From: a virus
Taxonomy: Duplodnaviria; Caudoviricetes
Virus record (IMG/VR): IMGVR_UViG_3300034102_001642
Span: 4,832-68,831 of that record
Length of the DNA: 64,000 bases
Direction: 5' to 3' (one strand)
This document shows positions 50,404 through 59,408 of the stretch, piece after piece; within the stretch, counting starts at the first letter, position 1, and the number at the start of each line of letters is the position of its first letter. A program made the position numbers and the translations under genes. The notes under the pieces are model-generated. The model was not told the origin of the DNA. It ran no database searches and worked only from the letters and a program-made list of their open reading frames with translations.

Positions 50404-51249
50404 ATGACTACTGACTTTTCAGATATTAAAAAAATTGTAGTGGCCCCACAAATTGTAATATATAAAAACATATTTAAAAACAGCAAAGAGATAATTGAAT
50501 TGCTGCAGGATAGTAGAAAAATTTCGTTCTTTAATGAATGGAGGGAATGGTATGGTCAAGGATTTAGAAGAGACGCAGACTTTAGTCTTTTAAATACTAT
50601 AGACCCTGGAACCGATACATTTCTTAATTTAGAAAAACAATATATATTAGAAATAAATAAGTGTATGAATTTCATTAGAGAAGACTATCTTAATGAGTTT
50701 GGAAAAGAAAATGGAATATGGCCTTCATTTATAAAAGATTGGGAATCGCTAAAAGATACAGATAAAAAATACTGGATTGATTTTTTTAGATATGACGTAG
50801 ATTTTCAAGGAAAGGTAAACCCTTCTGGATTAATCATGGAATACCATGTAGATGAATTGCCAGTACCTGGGGAAACAAAAACAAAGAGGCACGTTGCCAC
50901 TGTTAATTTTTATTTAAATAATAGTTATGACGGAGGGGAAATTTGTGTATACGATTCTATATCAAATAATACATACATGTATAAGCCTATGCCTGGAGAT
51001 GCCGTTATAATGCCGTCAACAGAACCATTCTATCACGGAGTAAAGCCATTTAGTAAATCAGATAGGTATTTTTTAAGAGCGTTTATTGATTCTGATGTTA
51101 AAGACGAAATTGAGTGGAAAAAACAATACAACATAACAATTGGACAAGACAATTTAAATAATGTTAATACAGAAGAATCTTATGTAGAAAAAGATTTACA
51201 AACCATAAAGCTGTCTATCCCATCTAACCTTATAGAAGTTAAAGGCTAG
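50404..51249 (+). CDS. 2OG-Fe(II) oxygenase, prolyl 4-hydroxylase-like
   Basis: HVD...YLNNSYDGGEI...KP.PGDAVIMPSTEPFYHGV; similar to 9870 ORF. Confidence 0.85.
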   Translation: MTTDFSDIKKIVVAPQIVIYKNIFKNSKEIIELLQDSRKISFFNEWREWYGQGFRRDADFSLLNTIDPGTDTFLNLEKQYILEINKCMNFIREDYLNEFGKENGIWPSFIKDWESLKDTDKKYWIDFFRYDVDFQGKVNPSGLIMEYHVDELPVPGETKTKRHVATVNFYLNNSYDGGEICVYDSISNNTYMYKPMPGDAVIMPSTEPFYHGVKPFSKSDRYFLRAFIDSDVKDEIEWKKQYNITIGQDNLNNVNTEESYVEKDLQTIKLSIPSNLIEVKG

Positions 51250-51252
51250 TAA

Positions 51253-51558
51253 ATGTCTGAAAGAGCCGAAGTAAAAAGAGATAATGCTAAAGCACAAAAA
51301 AATAGCGGGCGAGGAGATTACCAAAAGGGTGATGCTAGGTGGAATCAATTTTTAGTTGATTATAAGGAGGCGGGATCTACATTTACATTGAATAAAGAGG
51401 TTTGGTCTAAGATCTGTACAGATACATTTAAAGTAAATAGAGATATGCATCCAGCCTTAAAAATTATTATAGGTAAAGAAAGCAAGGTGCGACTTGGTAT
51501 AATAGAGTGGGCAATTTTAGAAGAATTAATTAAATGCTGGGAGGATAATAATGCATAA
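51253..51558 (+). CDS. PD-(D/E)xK endonuclease / Holliday junction resolvase-like
   Basis: NSGRG...KGDA.....VDYK. Confidence 0.65.
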   Translation: MSERAEVKRDNAKAQKNSGRGDYQKGDARWNQFLVDYKEAGSTFTLNKEVWSKICTDTFKVNRDMHPALKIIIGKESKVRLGIIEWAILEELIKCWEDNNA

Positions 51559-52249
51559 TGTAGATGTTTATATAGATGACATATCTTTTCCGACAGCAAA
51601 AATTAGACCACTAGAACTTCAAAGAGAATGGATGCATTCATATGTTTATAACTGCTACCCAATAGCAATGGCAAATACTTTTGGATATGGTATTTATTTT
51701 GAACACGACATATCTTTTATTTGGGATGGCTCTAAAGATGACGGAGCAGTTGGTATTATTGGTAAAGAAAATATTTGGGTTGGTAGAGGAGAAGGAACGG
51801 CAAGCTTTGCCACCAATTTAATATTTAAAACTGATGAAAACACTAGTATGCTCACAATGCCAGTTCCAAATGAATATTTAGATGGAGCACAAGTTTTAAG
51901 TACAATATTGTCTACATCAGTATTTACTGGTACATTTACTATTGTTTGGAAACTTGATACTCCCAACAAAGAATATTTTGTTCCAGCTGGAACAAATATA
52001 GCATGTGTACTTCCAATATCGATTGGATCAATCCAGGGCTCAATTTTTAATATTAAGAATTCTAAATGGCCATTTGAAAAAATTCAAGATAGTGAAGAAT
52101 ACATGAGCTATTTAAAAGAAAAAAATTCTGAAGGCATTAGGCCCAGAATGTATAAAAAGGGAATTGATCATACAGGCAAAATAATTGGTAAACATGAAGT
52201 AGATAAAATAATTTTAAACGTGAACTATGAAAATGAACAGGAAAATTAA
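51551..52249 (+). CDS. DUF6065-like protein (paralog of 8471 ORF)
   Basis: PL..QREWM...YNCYP...AN.FGY.I.F..DISFIWDG. Confidence 0.7.
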   Translation: MHNVDVYIDDISFPTAKIRPLELQREWMHSYVYNCYPIAMANTFGYGIYFEHDISFIWDGSKDDGAVGIIGKENIWVGRGEGTASFATNLIFKTDENTSMLTMPVPNEYLDGAQVLSTILSTSVFTGTFTIVWKLDTPNKEYFVPAGTNIACVLPISIGSIQGSIFNIKNSKWPFEKIQDSEEYMSYLKEKNSEGIRPRMYKKGIDHTGKIIGKHEVDKIILNVNYENEQEN

Positions 52250-52354
52250 ATGAAAATATTTTTACTAGGATTGATGGCGGGTCTATCAATTGGATACCCG
52301 CTTGGGTTATTTATAGATCAAATAGACAAAAGGATAAAAAATAATGGAAGATAA
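52250..52354 (+). CDS. Small membrane protein (34 aa, not in ORF track)
   Basis: MKIFLLGLMAGLSIGYPLGLFIDQIDKRIKNNGR fills the intergenic gap. Confidence 0.5.
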   Translation: MKIFLLGLMAGLSIGYPLGLFIDQIDKRIKNNGR

Positions 52355-52676
52355 AAATACACTACAGCTTATTAGCGATATCACAGAGTTTAATGATCTG
52401 CATGAGTTTATGCATGATGAGCACCTAGACAAAGCTTTGGCTATCGTTGTAAAGCTTCTAATGAATCCTGATGTTCCTTCTGCAAAAGCCCCGCATTTAA
52501 TTATGGAACTTCAAGCAATGTCCACCAAGTTTGCCGTGCTTGCTTCTGTATATTCTACAATTGCTAAGGACAAAGCTGGAACGGTTAATAATAATAAGAA
52601 AAATATTTACTATTCGGTAAAGGAGTCCATAGACAAACTCGTAGATGCACTTAAGTATGTGGTTAGGTATAACTAA
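52344..52676 (+). CDS. Hypothetical helical protein
   Basis: Clean ORF in operon. Confidence 0.65.
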   Translation: MEDKNTLQLISDITEFNDLHEFMHDEHLDKALAIVVKLLMNPDVPSAKAPHLIMELQAMSTKFAVLASVYSTIAKDKAGTVNNNKKNIYYSVKESIDKLVDALKYVVRYN

Positions 52677-53125
52677 TGATTCAAAAAAGAATTATGCTGG
52701 TGTTTATTTTTATTGGTTCAGCAATAGGATTGTTTGTTTTAAATTCTAATCAACCAGAGTGCATTAATCTATACGTAGACTACGGAAATAATTCTACAGT
52801 AGAAAAGAAATGCGTCAGTGCCAGTGGTAAAGTTAATTCTTTAGATCTATTAAAGACACATGGGTATAATATAGAGGGAACAGTAAAGTATGGAAATGCT
52901 GTTGTCTGCAGAGTAAATAATTTTCCCAACAACAGTGTTGAAAAATGCCAAGACATGCCACCAGAAAATGCATATTGGGCCGTGTTAGTAAAAAAGAATC
53001 AGGCCTTGCCATTTCCAAGAAATGAATGGGGCTGGGCACAAAAGGGAATTAATGAAACTTTTGTCGAACCAGGAGACCACCTTGGCCTAGTATTTTCTAC
53101 TAAAGGAGAAGTAAGATGGCCGTAG
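52676..53125 (+). CDS. Membrane-anchored transcobalamin-beta/DUF4430-like protein (putative cobalamin binding)
   Basis: N-terminal TM helix; VDYG...C...LL...G..I.G...YG..VVCRVN.FP...YWA...W.WA..GI......PGD.LG.VF. Confidence 0.55.
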   Translation: MIQKRIMLVFIFIGSAIGLFVLNSNQPECINLYVDYGNNSTVEKKCVSASGKVNSLDLLKTHGYNIEGTVKYGNAVVCRVNNFPNNSVEKCQDMPPENAYWAVLVKKNQALPFPRNEWGWAQKGINETFVEPGDHLGLVFSTKGEVRWP

Positions 53126-53259
53126 AATTATTAGAAGAAAAGGTTAAGAATAAATCTTTTCCAATATTAATTATTGCTCAGCTTTTTATAACAGTTTTTG
53201 CTTTATCTGTAGTTAATGAAATTGCAGTAGATGTTTGGCGTTCTTTAAGGGGTCACTGA
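53116..53259 (+). CDS. Small membrane protein (47 aa, not in ORF track)
   Basis: MAVELLEEKVKNKSFPILIIAQLFITVFALSVVNEIAVDVWRSLRGH; SD AAGGAG. Confidence 0.55.
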   Translation: MAVELLEEKVKNKSFPILIIAQLFITVFALSVVNEIAVDVWRSLRGH

Positions 53260-53756
53260 TGGTAATACTAAGTAAAATTTATACTAAAACTGGCGATGAT
53301 GGGCAAACCTCTAACGCTAATAACGAAAGGGTGTCTAAGACTAGCCCTATAATGGAAGCGATAGGTGCTGTAGATGAGGCCAACTCTGCTATTGGAATGG
53401 CAACCGATGAGTATAATGATATTATTGAAAGAGTTCAGAGCGACTTATTTGATCTTGGCGCAGAGCTTGCAGGTGCTTCAACAATAACAATATCTGAAAA
53501 CAGAGTAACATATTTAGAAAATGTAATTGATGACTATAATGAATATCTAGAACCTTTAAGATCTTTTGTTTTACCAACAGGACCACTGCACAATGCAAGG
53601 ACTGTTGTAAGAAGGGCAGAGCGTGAAGTTTGGAAGATAGAAAACGTAAATCCAAACATTGCTAAGTATTTAAATCGTCTATCAGACTTATTGTTTGTTA
53701 TGGCTAGATATCACAATAAAGGAAAAGAAAAAATGTGGGTGCCAAACAATGGCTAG
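53259..53756 (+). CDS. pduO: ATP:cob(I)alamin adenosyltransferase, PduO type
   Basis: KIYTKTGDDGQT...RVSK...G.VDEANS.IG...Q..LFDLGAELA...RTVVRRAER...YLNRLSDLLFV.AR. Confidence 0.93.
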   Translation: MVILSKIYTKTGDDGQTSNANNERVSKTSPIMEAIGAVDEANSAIGMATDEYNDIIERVQSDLFDLGAELAGASTITISENRVTYLENVIDDYNEYLEPLRSFVLPTGPLHNARTVVRRAEREVWKIENVNPNIAKYLNRLSDLLFVMARYHNKGKEKMWVPNNG

Positions 53757-54537
53757 AGATATTGTAAAAAACCTTAAATTTAAAAAGCATGCTGGGAATT
53801 TCTTTGACCCAGAAAAGTTTGCCCAGCTTCTCGACGAATCTTATAGAAATACAAAACGTCCAGATGGAGACACTACAAAGAAGTCTTTTAGTCCAAGCTT
53901 ATTGGGTTACGGGCATGGTACATGTCCAAGATACTGGTATATGGCATTTACTGGGGCGGTCTTTATTGATGAGAATGATGCTGTTGCGGTGGCAAACATG
54001 GCTCAGGGCACACAGGCTCACGAAAGACTACAGAGTCTTATTAAGACTATGCCTGAGTGGAAAGCGGAAGAAGAAGAGATCGTAAACGAGTATCCCCCTA
54101 TTAGAGGCTTTATAGATTTAATTATGGAATATGACGGTGAAACAGTCATTGGTGAAATTAAAACAGCTAAACAGGAGGTTTGGGATACAAGACAGGCTGA
54201 AATGAAGTCTTCCCCAAACCACATGCTTCAGCTATTAACGTATATGAAATTAAAGAATGCCAAAGAAGGTTTCTTCCTTTATGAAAACAAAAACACTCAA
54301 GAGATACTAATTATTCCAATTTCAATGAATGATAAAAACAAAGAAATAATTGAAAATGCTTTTCAATGGATGAGAGATGTTTGGGATAATTTCAAAGAAG
54401 GAGATTTACCAAAGCGTCCTGAAGGGGCAACCAAGTACAAGCTTCCTTGCACGTATTGTCCAGTAAAAAAAGCATGCTGGGAAAAAGGATCTAATCCTGG
54501 AACAGTTGAAATTGATTTAATGAAAGTCTTCAAGTAA
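53749..54537 (+). CDS. Cas4-like PD-(D/E)xK exonuclease
   Basis: CPR.WY, G...H, GFID...EIKT, QL..YM, C.YCP....C (Fe-S cysteines). Confidence 0.85.
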   Translation: MARDIVKNLKFKKHAGNFFDPEKFAQLLDESYRNTKRPDGDTTKKSFSPSLLGYGHGTCPRYWYMAFTGAVFIDENDAVAVANMAQGTQAHERLQSLIKTMPEWKAEEEEIVNEYPPIRGFIDLIMEYDGETVIGEIKTAKQEVWDTRQAEMKSSPNHMLQLLTYMKLKNAKEGFFLYENKNTQEILIIPISMNDKNKEIIENAFQWMRDVWDNFKEGDLPKRPEGATKYKLPCTYCPVKKACWEKGSNPGTVEIDLMKVFK

Positions 54538-54815
54538 TGAAATGTTTTAATTCTGAATGTCCTAAAGATTTTACTCCCAAGACACATAATCAAAAATATT
54601 GTTCTGATGAGTGTTGCAGGATTGCAACAAATAAAAGAATTATGCAAAAGTATTACGAAAAAAAAGCTATTCAAAATGGTGCTCCAAGAAAATGCAAGGG
54701 GTGTCCAGGATTTTTAAGCAGGTACAATACCGAAACTTATTGCTCTAAATGCATAAAGTCTAGACGCTTTAAAGATAAAAAATATTTGATGGGCATAATA
54801 GATGACATTGGCTAG
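54537..54815 (+). CDS. Cys-rich zinc-binding protein
   Basis: C....C...F.P....QKYCS..C; C..C...C..C. Confidence 0.7.
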   Translation: MKCFNSECPKDFTPKTHNQKYCSDECCRIATNKRIMQKYYEKKAIQNGAPRKCKGCPGFLSRYNTETYCSKCIKSRRFKDKKYLMGIIDDIG

Positions 54816-55368
54816 TTTAGTAAAGACTAAGGCATCTAAAGTGCTTGGCATTGATGCATCTACAAACTCAATAGCTTTTTGTTTAATGGAAAATGACGTG
54901 CCATTAAAATGGGGAAAGATTAACCTATCTGGAAATGATATTTATGAAAAAATTTACGATGCAAAAATTAAAATGAATGTGATGCTAGATGAACTACGGG
55001 CAGATTATATTGCAGTTGAGGGTGCAGTTTTAGTTAGATCGGCAGATGCCGTAATAAAACTGTCTTATGTATATGGGGTTGTTATTGCAGAGCTGATGTC
55101 AACTGGGGCTAAAGTTATAACAATAGCCCCAACTTCATGGCAGGCCTATATCGGTAACAATAATCCTACTAAGCAAGAAAAGGCGGACATTAGATTGGCT
55201 AATCCAGGATACGCAGACTCATGGTATAAAAATCAATTAAGGAATATGAGAAAGCAAAGAACAGCGGATTACTTTAATAAGAAGTACAATCTGTCAGTAT
55301 CAGATTTTGATGTAGCAGATTCATTTGGAATTGCCCATTATGCCAATAAGGTTTTGACACAACGATGA
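54802..55368 (+). CDS. ruvC: RuvC-like Holliday junction resolvase
   Basis: VLGIDAS, AVEG, P.SW, D.ADS.GIA. Confidence 0.82.
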   Translation: MTLASLVKTKASKVLGIDASTNSIAFCLMENDVPLKWGKINLSGNDIYEKIYDAKIKMNVMLDELRADYIAVEGAVLVRSADAVIKLSYVYGVVIAELMSTGAKVITIAPTSWQAYIGNNNPTKQEKADIRLANPGYADSWYKNQLRNMRKQRTADYFNKKYNLSVSDFDVADSFGIAHYANKVLTQR

Positions 55369-55511
55369 AGCTATATCAAAATAAAGACTGGCTTTATAAC
55401 AGATACAATATTCAAAAAAAGACTATTATGGAAATATCAAAGGAATGTAAGGTATCTGCAATGACCATACAGAGATATATAGATAAATTTGGTATAAAAC
55501 CCAAGCGTTAA
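55365..55511 (+). CDS. Small HTH DNA-binding protein (48 aa, not in ORF track)
   Basis: MKLYQNKDWLYNRYNIQKKTIMEISKECKVSAMTIQRYIDKFGI. Confidence 0.7.
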   Translation: MKLYQNKDWLYNRYNIQKKTIMEISKECKVSAMTIQRYIDKFGIKPKR

Positions 55512-55540
55512 TTGACATTTTGGTTGACTAGAAGTATAAT
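55512..55540 (+). promoter_or_regulatory. Consensus promoter upstream of packaging genes
   Basis: TTGACA-17nt-TATAAT. Confidence 0.85.
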
Positions 55541-55546
55541 CATTTA

Positions 55547-56086
55547 ATGACAGAAATAGAGCCATCCGTACACTTTGACAAGATGAATAAAGTTGTTTCA
55601 GAGTTGTTAAAAGGTAATTCAGCTACACAAATTGCCACCATAACTGGTATGAACAGAAAAGATGTTTTAGAGTATATTGATGAGTGGAAGTCTGTGGTCC
55701 ACAATGACACTAATGTTAGAGAACGTGCTAGAGAAGCTCTAATGGGGGCAGATCAACACTACGACATATTAATTAAAGAGGCATGGAAAACAGTAGAGGA
55801 TGCCGATACTCAGGGTCAACTTAATGTAAAATCTGGAACACTAAAACTAATTGCAGACATAGAGGGTAAAAGAATTGCAATGTTACAAGCAGTAGGAGTT
55901 CTTGAAAACAATGAGATTGCATCGCAAATACTAGAGAACGAAAGAAAGCAAGAAATGTTGGTTGGCATACTAAAAGAGGTTACGTCTAGCTGTAATCACT
56001 GTAAGGTGGAAGTTGCTAAAAGATTGTCTCAAATTACTGGAATTGTAGAGCCTATTATAATTTCTGAGGATATTGCTAATGTTTAA
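55547..56086 (+). CDS. HTH + helical protein, probable terminase small subunit
   Basis: LLKG.SATQIA..TGM.R..V; upstream of large terminase. Confidence 0.55.
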   Translation: MTEIEPSVHFDKMNKVVSELLKGNSATQIATITGMNRKDVLEYIDEWKSVVHNDTNVRERAREALMGADQHYDILIKEAWKTVEDADTQGQLNVKSGTLKLIADIEGKRIAMLQAVGVLENNEIASQILENERKQEMLVGILKEVTSSCNHCKVEVAKRLSQITGIVEPIIISEDIANV

Positions 56087-56678
56087 TAAAAATGGATTCC
56101 TTACTTTGGGGGAAGACATTTTTGTATATAAAAATTTTGTTACAGATAAAGAGTGTGAAATTTTAATACGGGAAGCTATATCCGTTCCAGAAGATAAATG
56201 GAAACAAAACTTTAATGATCATGGGCTGGGAAACGAAAGGTCAATGATTTGGACAGAAGAGCTTATTCCAATACATGAAAGAATTAAATGTATTTTAGAA
56301 AAAGAAGTTAATTTGGGTATAGACAGAGGCTTAGTTAGGATGAAGCAAGGAACTAAAGGTGCAATTCATTCAGATAATCACGACTCATTGCACATTAGAG
56401 ATGCTAATAAATTAGTTAAGGAAGATGAAGATTTTGATTTAGGAGAGAATACAATTGCTGGAATAATATTGTATTTTAATAATTTTGATGGCGGAGACCT
56501 GTTATATCTTGATCAAGGAATTATCTACCACCCAGAAAAAGGTGACCTTGTAATACATAGTGCAGAAGAACACTGCATACATCAAGTACAAGAATTAAAA
56601 AGCGGTATAAGGTATTTCCATTCCAATAACTTGTTTCAGTACATACGAGTTCCAAAAGGATTTAATAATGTCGCTTGA
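56079..56678 (+). CDS. 2OG-Fe(II) oxygenase, prolyl 4-hydroxylase-like
   Basis: KNFVTDKEC, HSD...YFNNFDGGDL...HQV....G.R. Confidence 0.85.
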   Translation: MFNKNGFLTLGEDIFVYKNFVTDKECEILIREAISVPEDKWKQNFNDHGLGNERSMIWTEELIPIHERIKCILEKEVNLGIDRGLVRMKQGTKGAIHSDNHDSLHIRDANKLVKEDEDFDLGENTIAGIILYFNNFDGGDLLYLDQGIIYHPEKGDLVIHSAEEHCIHQVQELKSGIRYFHSNNLFQYIRVPKGFNNVA

Positions 56679-58470
56679 TTTTTCAGAGTTTATAGATATA
56701 CTAGATGGCGACGAGTTTGAGCAAAAACCAGTAGACCTACGGACTTTTGTAACAAGCCCAGATTATTTGGCACTACCACCACTTTCAGAAAATCAATATA
56801 CGCTTATTGAAAAAAGTTCTCAAATATACAAAGAGTCTACTCTTATTAAGCTTTATGGAGAAGAATTAGGAAAACATATGTTTAATCAAACATGTGTCGA
56901 GGTTATTGCTCAATTAGGTAAAGGCTCTGGAAAAGATTACTCATCAACAATTTCTGTAGCTTACATTGTTTATTTACTGTTGTGCCTTAAAGATCCAGCA
57001 GCGTATTATGGAAAACCGCCAAAAGATGCCATAGATATATTAAATATTGCTATCAACGCACAGCAGGCCAACAATGTTTTTTTTAAGGGATTTAAAATGA
57101 GAATTGAAAACTCTCCTTGGTTTGCTGGTAAGTATACAGACAAAGCTTCAGAAATTAAATTTGACAAATCCATAACAGTTCATTCTGGACACTCAGAAAG
57201 AGAAGCGTGGGAAGGATACAATGTTATGGTGGTAATTCTAGACGAGATATCTGGATTTGCAACAGAAAGTACCAGTGGTCACGATCAAGCTAAAACAGCC
57301 GATGCAATATATGACATGTACAGGGCGTCAGTTGATTCACGTTTTCCAGATGTAGGCAAGGTAATCCTGCTTTCTTTTCCTAGATTTAAAAATGATCCGA
57401 TACAAAAATTTTATGAATCAGTCATAGCGGAAAAAGAAACAATTGTTAGGACAGAGATATTAAAATTAGATCAAGACTTGCCAAACGGTACAGAAGGCAA
57501 TGAGTTTGAAGTGGCCTGGGAAGAAGATCATATAGTTTCTTATGTTTACCCCAGAGTATTTGCGCTCAAAAGACCAACATGGGAAGTAAATCCAACAAAA
57601 AAAATAACAGACTTTACTGTTGCTTTTCACAAAAATGCGCCAGACGCACTCGGTAGATTTGCCTGTATGCCAACAGATGCAGTAGATGCATTTTTTAAAT
57701 CCAGAGAAAAAATTGAAAGGGCATTTAATCAAGGTAGTTTGGCTGTAGATAAATTTGGAAGACTTGAAGAATGGTTTAAACCAGACCTAGAAAAAGATTA
57801 TTTTATACATGTAGACTTAGCTCAAAAGCACGATCATTGTGCGGTTGCAATGGGCCATGTAAGTAAATGGGTTGACATAAAGGTAACAGATACATACTCC
57901 CAACCAGCTCCAATTGTAAACATTGATGCGGTTAGATTTTGGACTCCGACCCCAGACAAATCAGTAGATTTTACAGAGGTAAAAGACTACATATTGTCTT
58001 TAAGAACAAGAGGGTTTAATATAAAAACTTGCACATTTGATAGATGGAACTCTCACGACATGATGCAACAATTAAAAAAATACGGTATCAATACGGAAAT
58101 TCTTTCGGTATCTAAAAAACACTACGACGATATGGCAATGGTTGTTTTAGAAGAAAGATTATCTGGCCCACATATCCCGCTATTGATAGACGAATTACTT
58201 CAATTAAGAATTATGAGAGATAAGGTTGACCATCCAAGAAAAGGATCAAAGGATTTGGCGGATGCTGTATGCGGAGCAGTATATAATTCAATTAGCAGAA
58301 CTAGAATGCGTAGAGACGAAGAAATAAAAATTCATGACTATGAATCTATGAGCTATGACAACGACTTTGGAGTCAGCGACGGTGAAGTAGAAAATGTATA
58401 CAACATGATTAGGGCACCAAGAATGCCTGAAAGCTTAGCAAGATCAATAGAAAATATGGAGATAATATGA
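56668..58470 (+). CDS. terL: Terminase large subunit
   Basis: Walker A LGKGSGKD, Walker B ILDE, nuclease HVDLA, FDRWNS, DHP..GSKD.ADA. Confidence 0.9.
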   Translation: MSLDFSEFIDILDGDEFEQKPVDLRTFVTSPDYLALPPLSENQYTLIEKSSQIYKESTLIKLYGEELGKHMFNQTCVEVIAQLGKGSGKDYSSTISVAYIVYLLLCLKDPAAYYGKPPKDAIDILNIAINAQQANNVFFKGFKMRIENSPWFAGKYTDKASEIKFDKSITVHSGHSEREAWEGYNVMVVILDEISGFATESTSGHDQAKTADAIYDMYRASVDSRFPDVGKVILLSFPRFKNDPIQKFYESVIAEKETIVRTEILKLDQDLPNGTEGNEFEVAWEEDHIVSYVYPRVFALKRPTWEVNPTKKITDFTVAFHKNAPDALGRFACMPTDAVDAFFKSREKIERAFNQGSLAVDKFGRLEEWFKPDLEKDYFIHVDLAQKHDHCAVAMGHVSKWVDIKVTDTYSQPAPIVNIDAVRFWTPTPDKSVDFTEVKDYILSLRTRGFNIKTCTFDRWNSHDMMQQLKKYGINTEILSVSKKHYDDMAMVVLEERLSGPHIPLLIDELLQLRIMRDKVDHPRKGSKDLADAVCGAVYNSISRTRMRRDEEIKIHDYESMSYDNDFGVSDGEVENVYNMIRAPRMPESLARSIENMEII

Positions 58471-58703
58471 GCGAGTACCAAGAAAGAGCCAAGGAATGTA
58501 AGTGTTGCACAAAACACGTACCTCTTCCTACAACACTAAAAAGATATAATAAAATTATTTTATGTCCAACAACATATGATAATGTAATTGAATATAAAAG
58601 AATATGGGAGTCGTACGGTTCTAGGCCAGCTGGCAATATAAGAAAACATTTTTCTGAATATGTACAGCAAATAGTAGAGTCTGCTATTGACAACCAGCAT
58701 TGA
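58467..58703 (+). CDS. Hypothetical Cys-containing protein
   Basis: Coupled ORF; CKCC..H...CPT. Confidence 0.6.
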   Translation: MSEYQERAKECKCCTKHVPLPTTLKRYNKIILCPTTYDNVIEYKRIWESYGSRPAGNIRKHFSEYVQQIVESAIDNQH

Positions 58704-58714
58704 TATAGTACAAT
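58687..58714 (+). promoter_or_regulatory. Promoter for tRNA pair
   Basis: TTGACA-16nt-TACAAT. Confidence 0.7.
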
Positions 58715-58723
58715 TAAATTAAG

Positions 58724-58797
58724 GCGCCAGTAGCTTAGTTGGTTAAAGCCCCGAACTCATAATTCGGTAATCGTAGGTTCGAGTCCTACCTGTCGCA
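58724..58797 (+). tRNA. tRNA with CAT anticodon (elongator Met or Ile2); CCA not encoded
   Basis: Cloverleaf: GCGCCAG/CTGTCGC acceptor with one C.U mismatch, CCGAA-CTCATAA-TTCGG anticodon arm, GTTCGAG T-loop. Confidence 0.9.
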
Positions 58798-58801
58798 CAA
58801 A

Positions 58802-58874
58802 GCCTTTGTAGCTCAGGGGATAGAGCAACAGGCTTCTACCCTGTGTGTCGGAGGTTCGATTCCTTCCAGGGGCA
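58802..58874 (+). tRNA. tRNA-Arg(TCT); CCA not encoded
   Basis: GCCTTTG/CAGGGGC acceptor, ACAGG-CTTCTAC-CCTGT anticodon arm, GTTCGAT T-loop. Confidence 0.9.
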
Positions 58875-58926
58875 CTAAATTTGCTAACACTAGCAATTTT
58901 ATAGCAGAAAATGGTATACTGATATT

Positions 58927-59397
58927 ATGAAACAATTAATTAAATCTTTACAATCATTCCAATCTAATTCTGTAGTATTTATGAATTTAGTAAAGGGGTT
59001 TTATATTAATACAGAATCTGTATTAATGAGACAGTCACAAATTGTCTACAAAGAAATGTACCTTGCTTCCGACGAGATTTTGATGGAGACATCATTATGG
59101 TTAAGAAGACTTGGAGCGGAAGCACCATATACATTAGAAGAATTTTCATATCACCAAACTCTTGGCAACGTGAAGCCAGATACATACTGTGGGGTTGAAA
59201 TGGCACAGCATTTGGTTCCAATTAATCAGAAAGTCATTGAAGAGTTAAAGGTTTTATCAGAACTTGCTATGATACAAAAACAATTCTCATTACTTGAACA
59301 TTTAAATTTAGCAACTAAAAAACATATGGAATGGAATTGGTTCCTAGAATCAAGCCTTAAATTACCGCCAAATCCATGGAAATCATTAAAAGACTAA
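58927..59397 (+). CDS. Dps/ferritin-like protein, ferroxidase residues apparently degenerate
   Basis: Size and LRRLG..AP...EF, H....WFL.S match Dps; the HWN..H..D...E signature is missing. Confidence 0.6.
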   Translation: MKQLIKSLQSFQSNSVVFMNLVKGFYINTESVLMRQSQIVYKEMYLASDEILMETSLWLRRLGAEAPYTLEEFSYHQTLGNVKPDTYCGVEMAQHLVPINQKVIEELKVLSELAMIQKQFSLLEHLNLATKKHMEWNWFLESSLKLPPNPWKSLKD

Positions 59398-59408
59398 CTT
59401 AATACAAT

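Noticed and set aside
53749-54537. Cas4-like gene as a sign of CRISPR-Cas
   Set aside because: No repeat-spacer array or other cas genes; solo Cas4-like nucleases are routine in phage recombination modules.
56668-58470. Terminase located ~40 kb from the portal gene
   Set aside because: To my knowledge this displaced position also occurs in related large actinobacterial siphoviruses, so it is not treated as novel.
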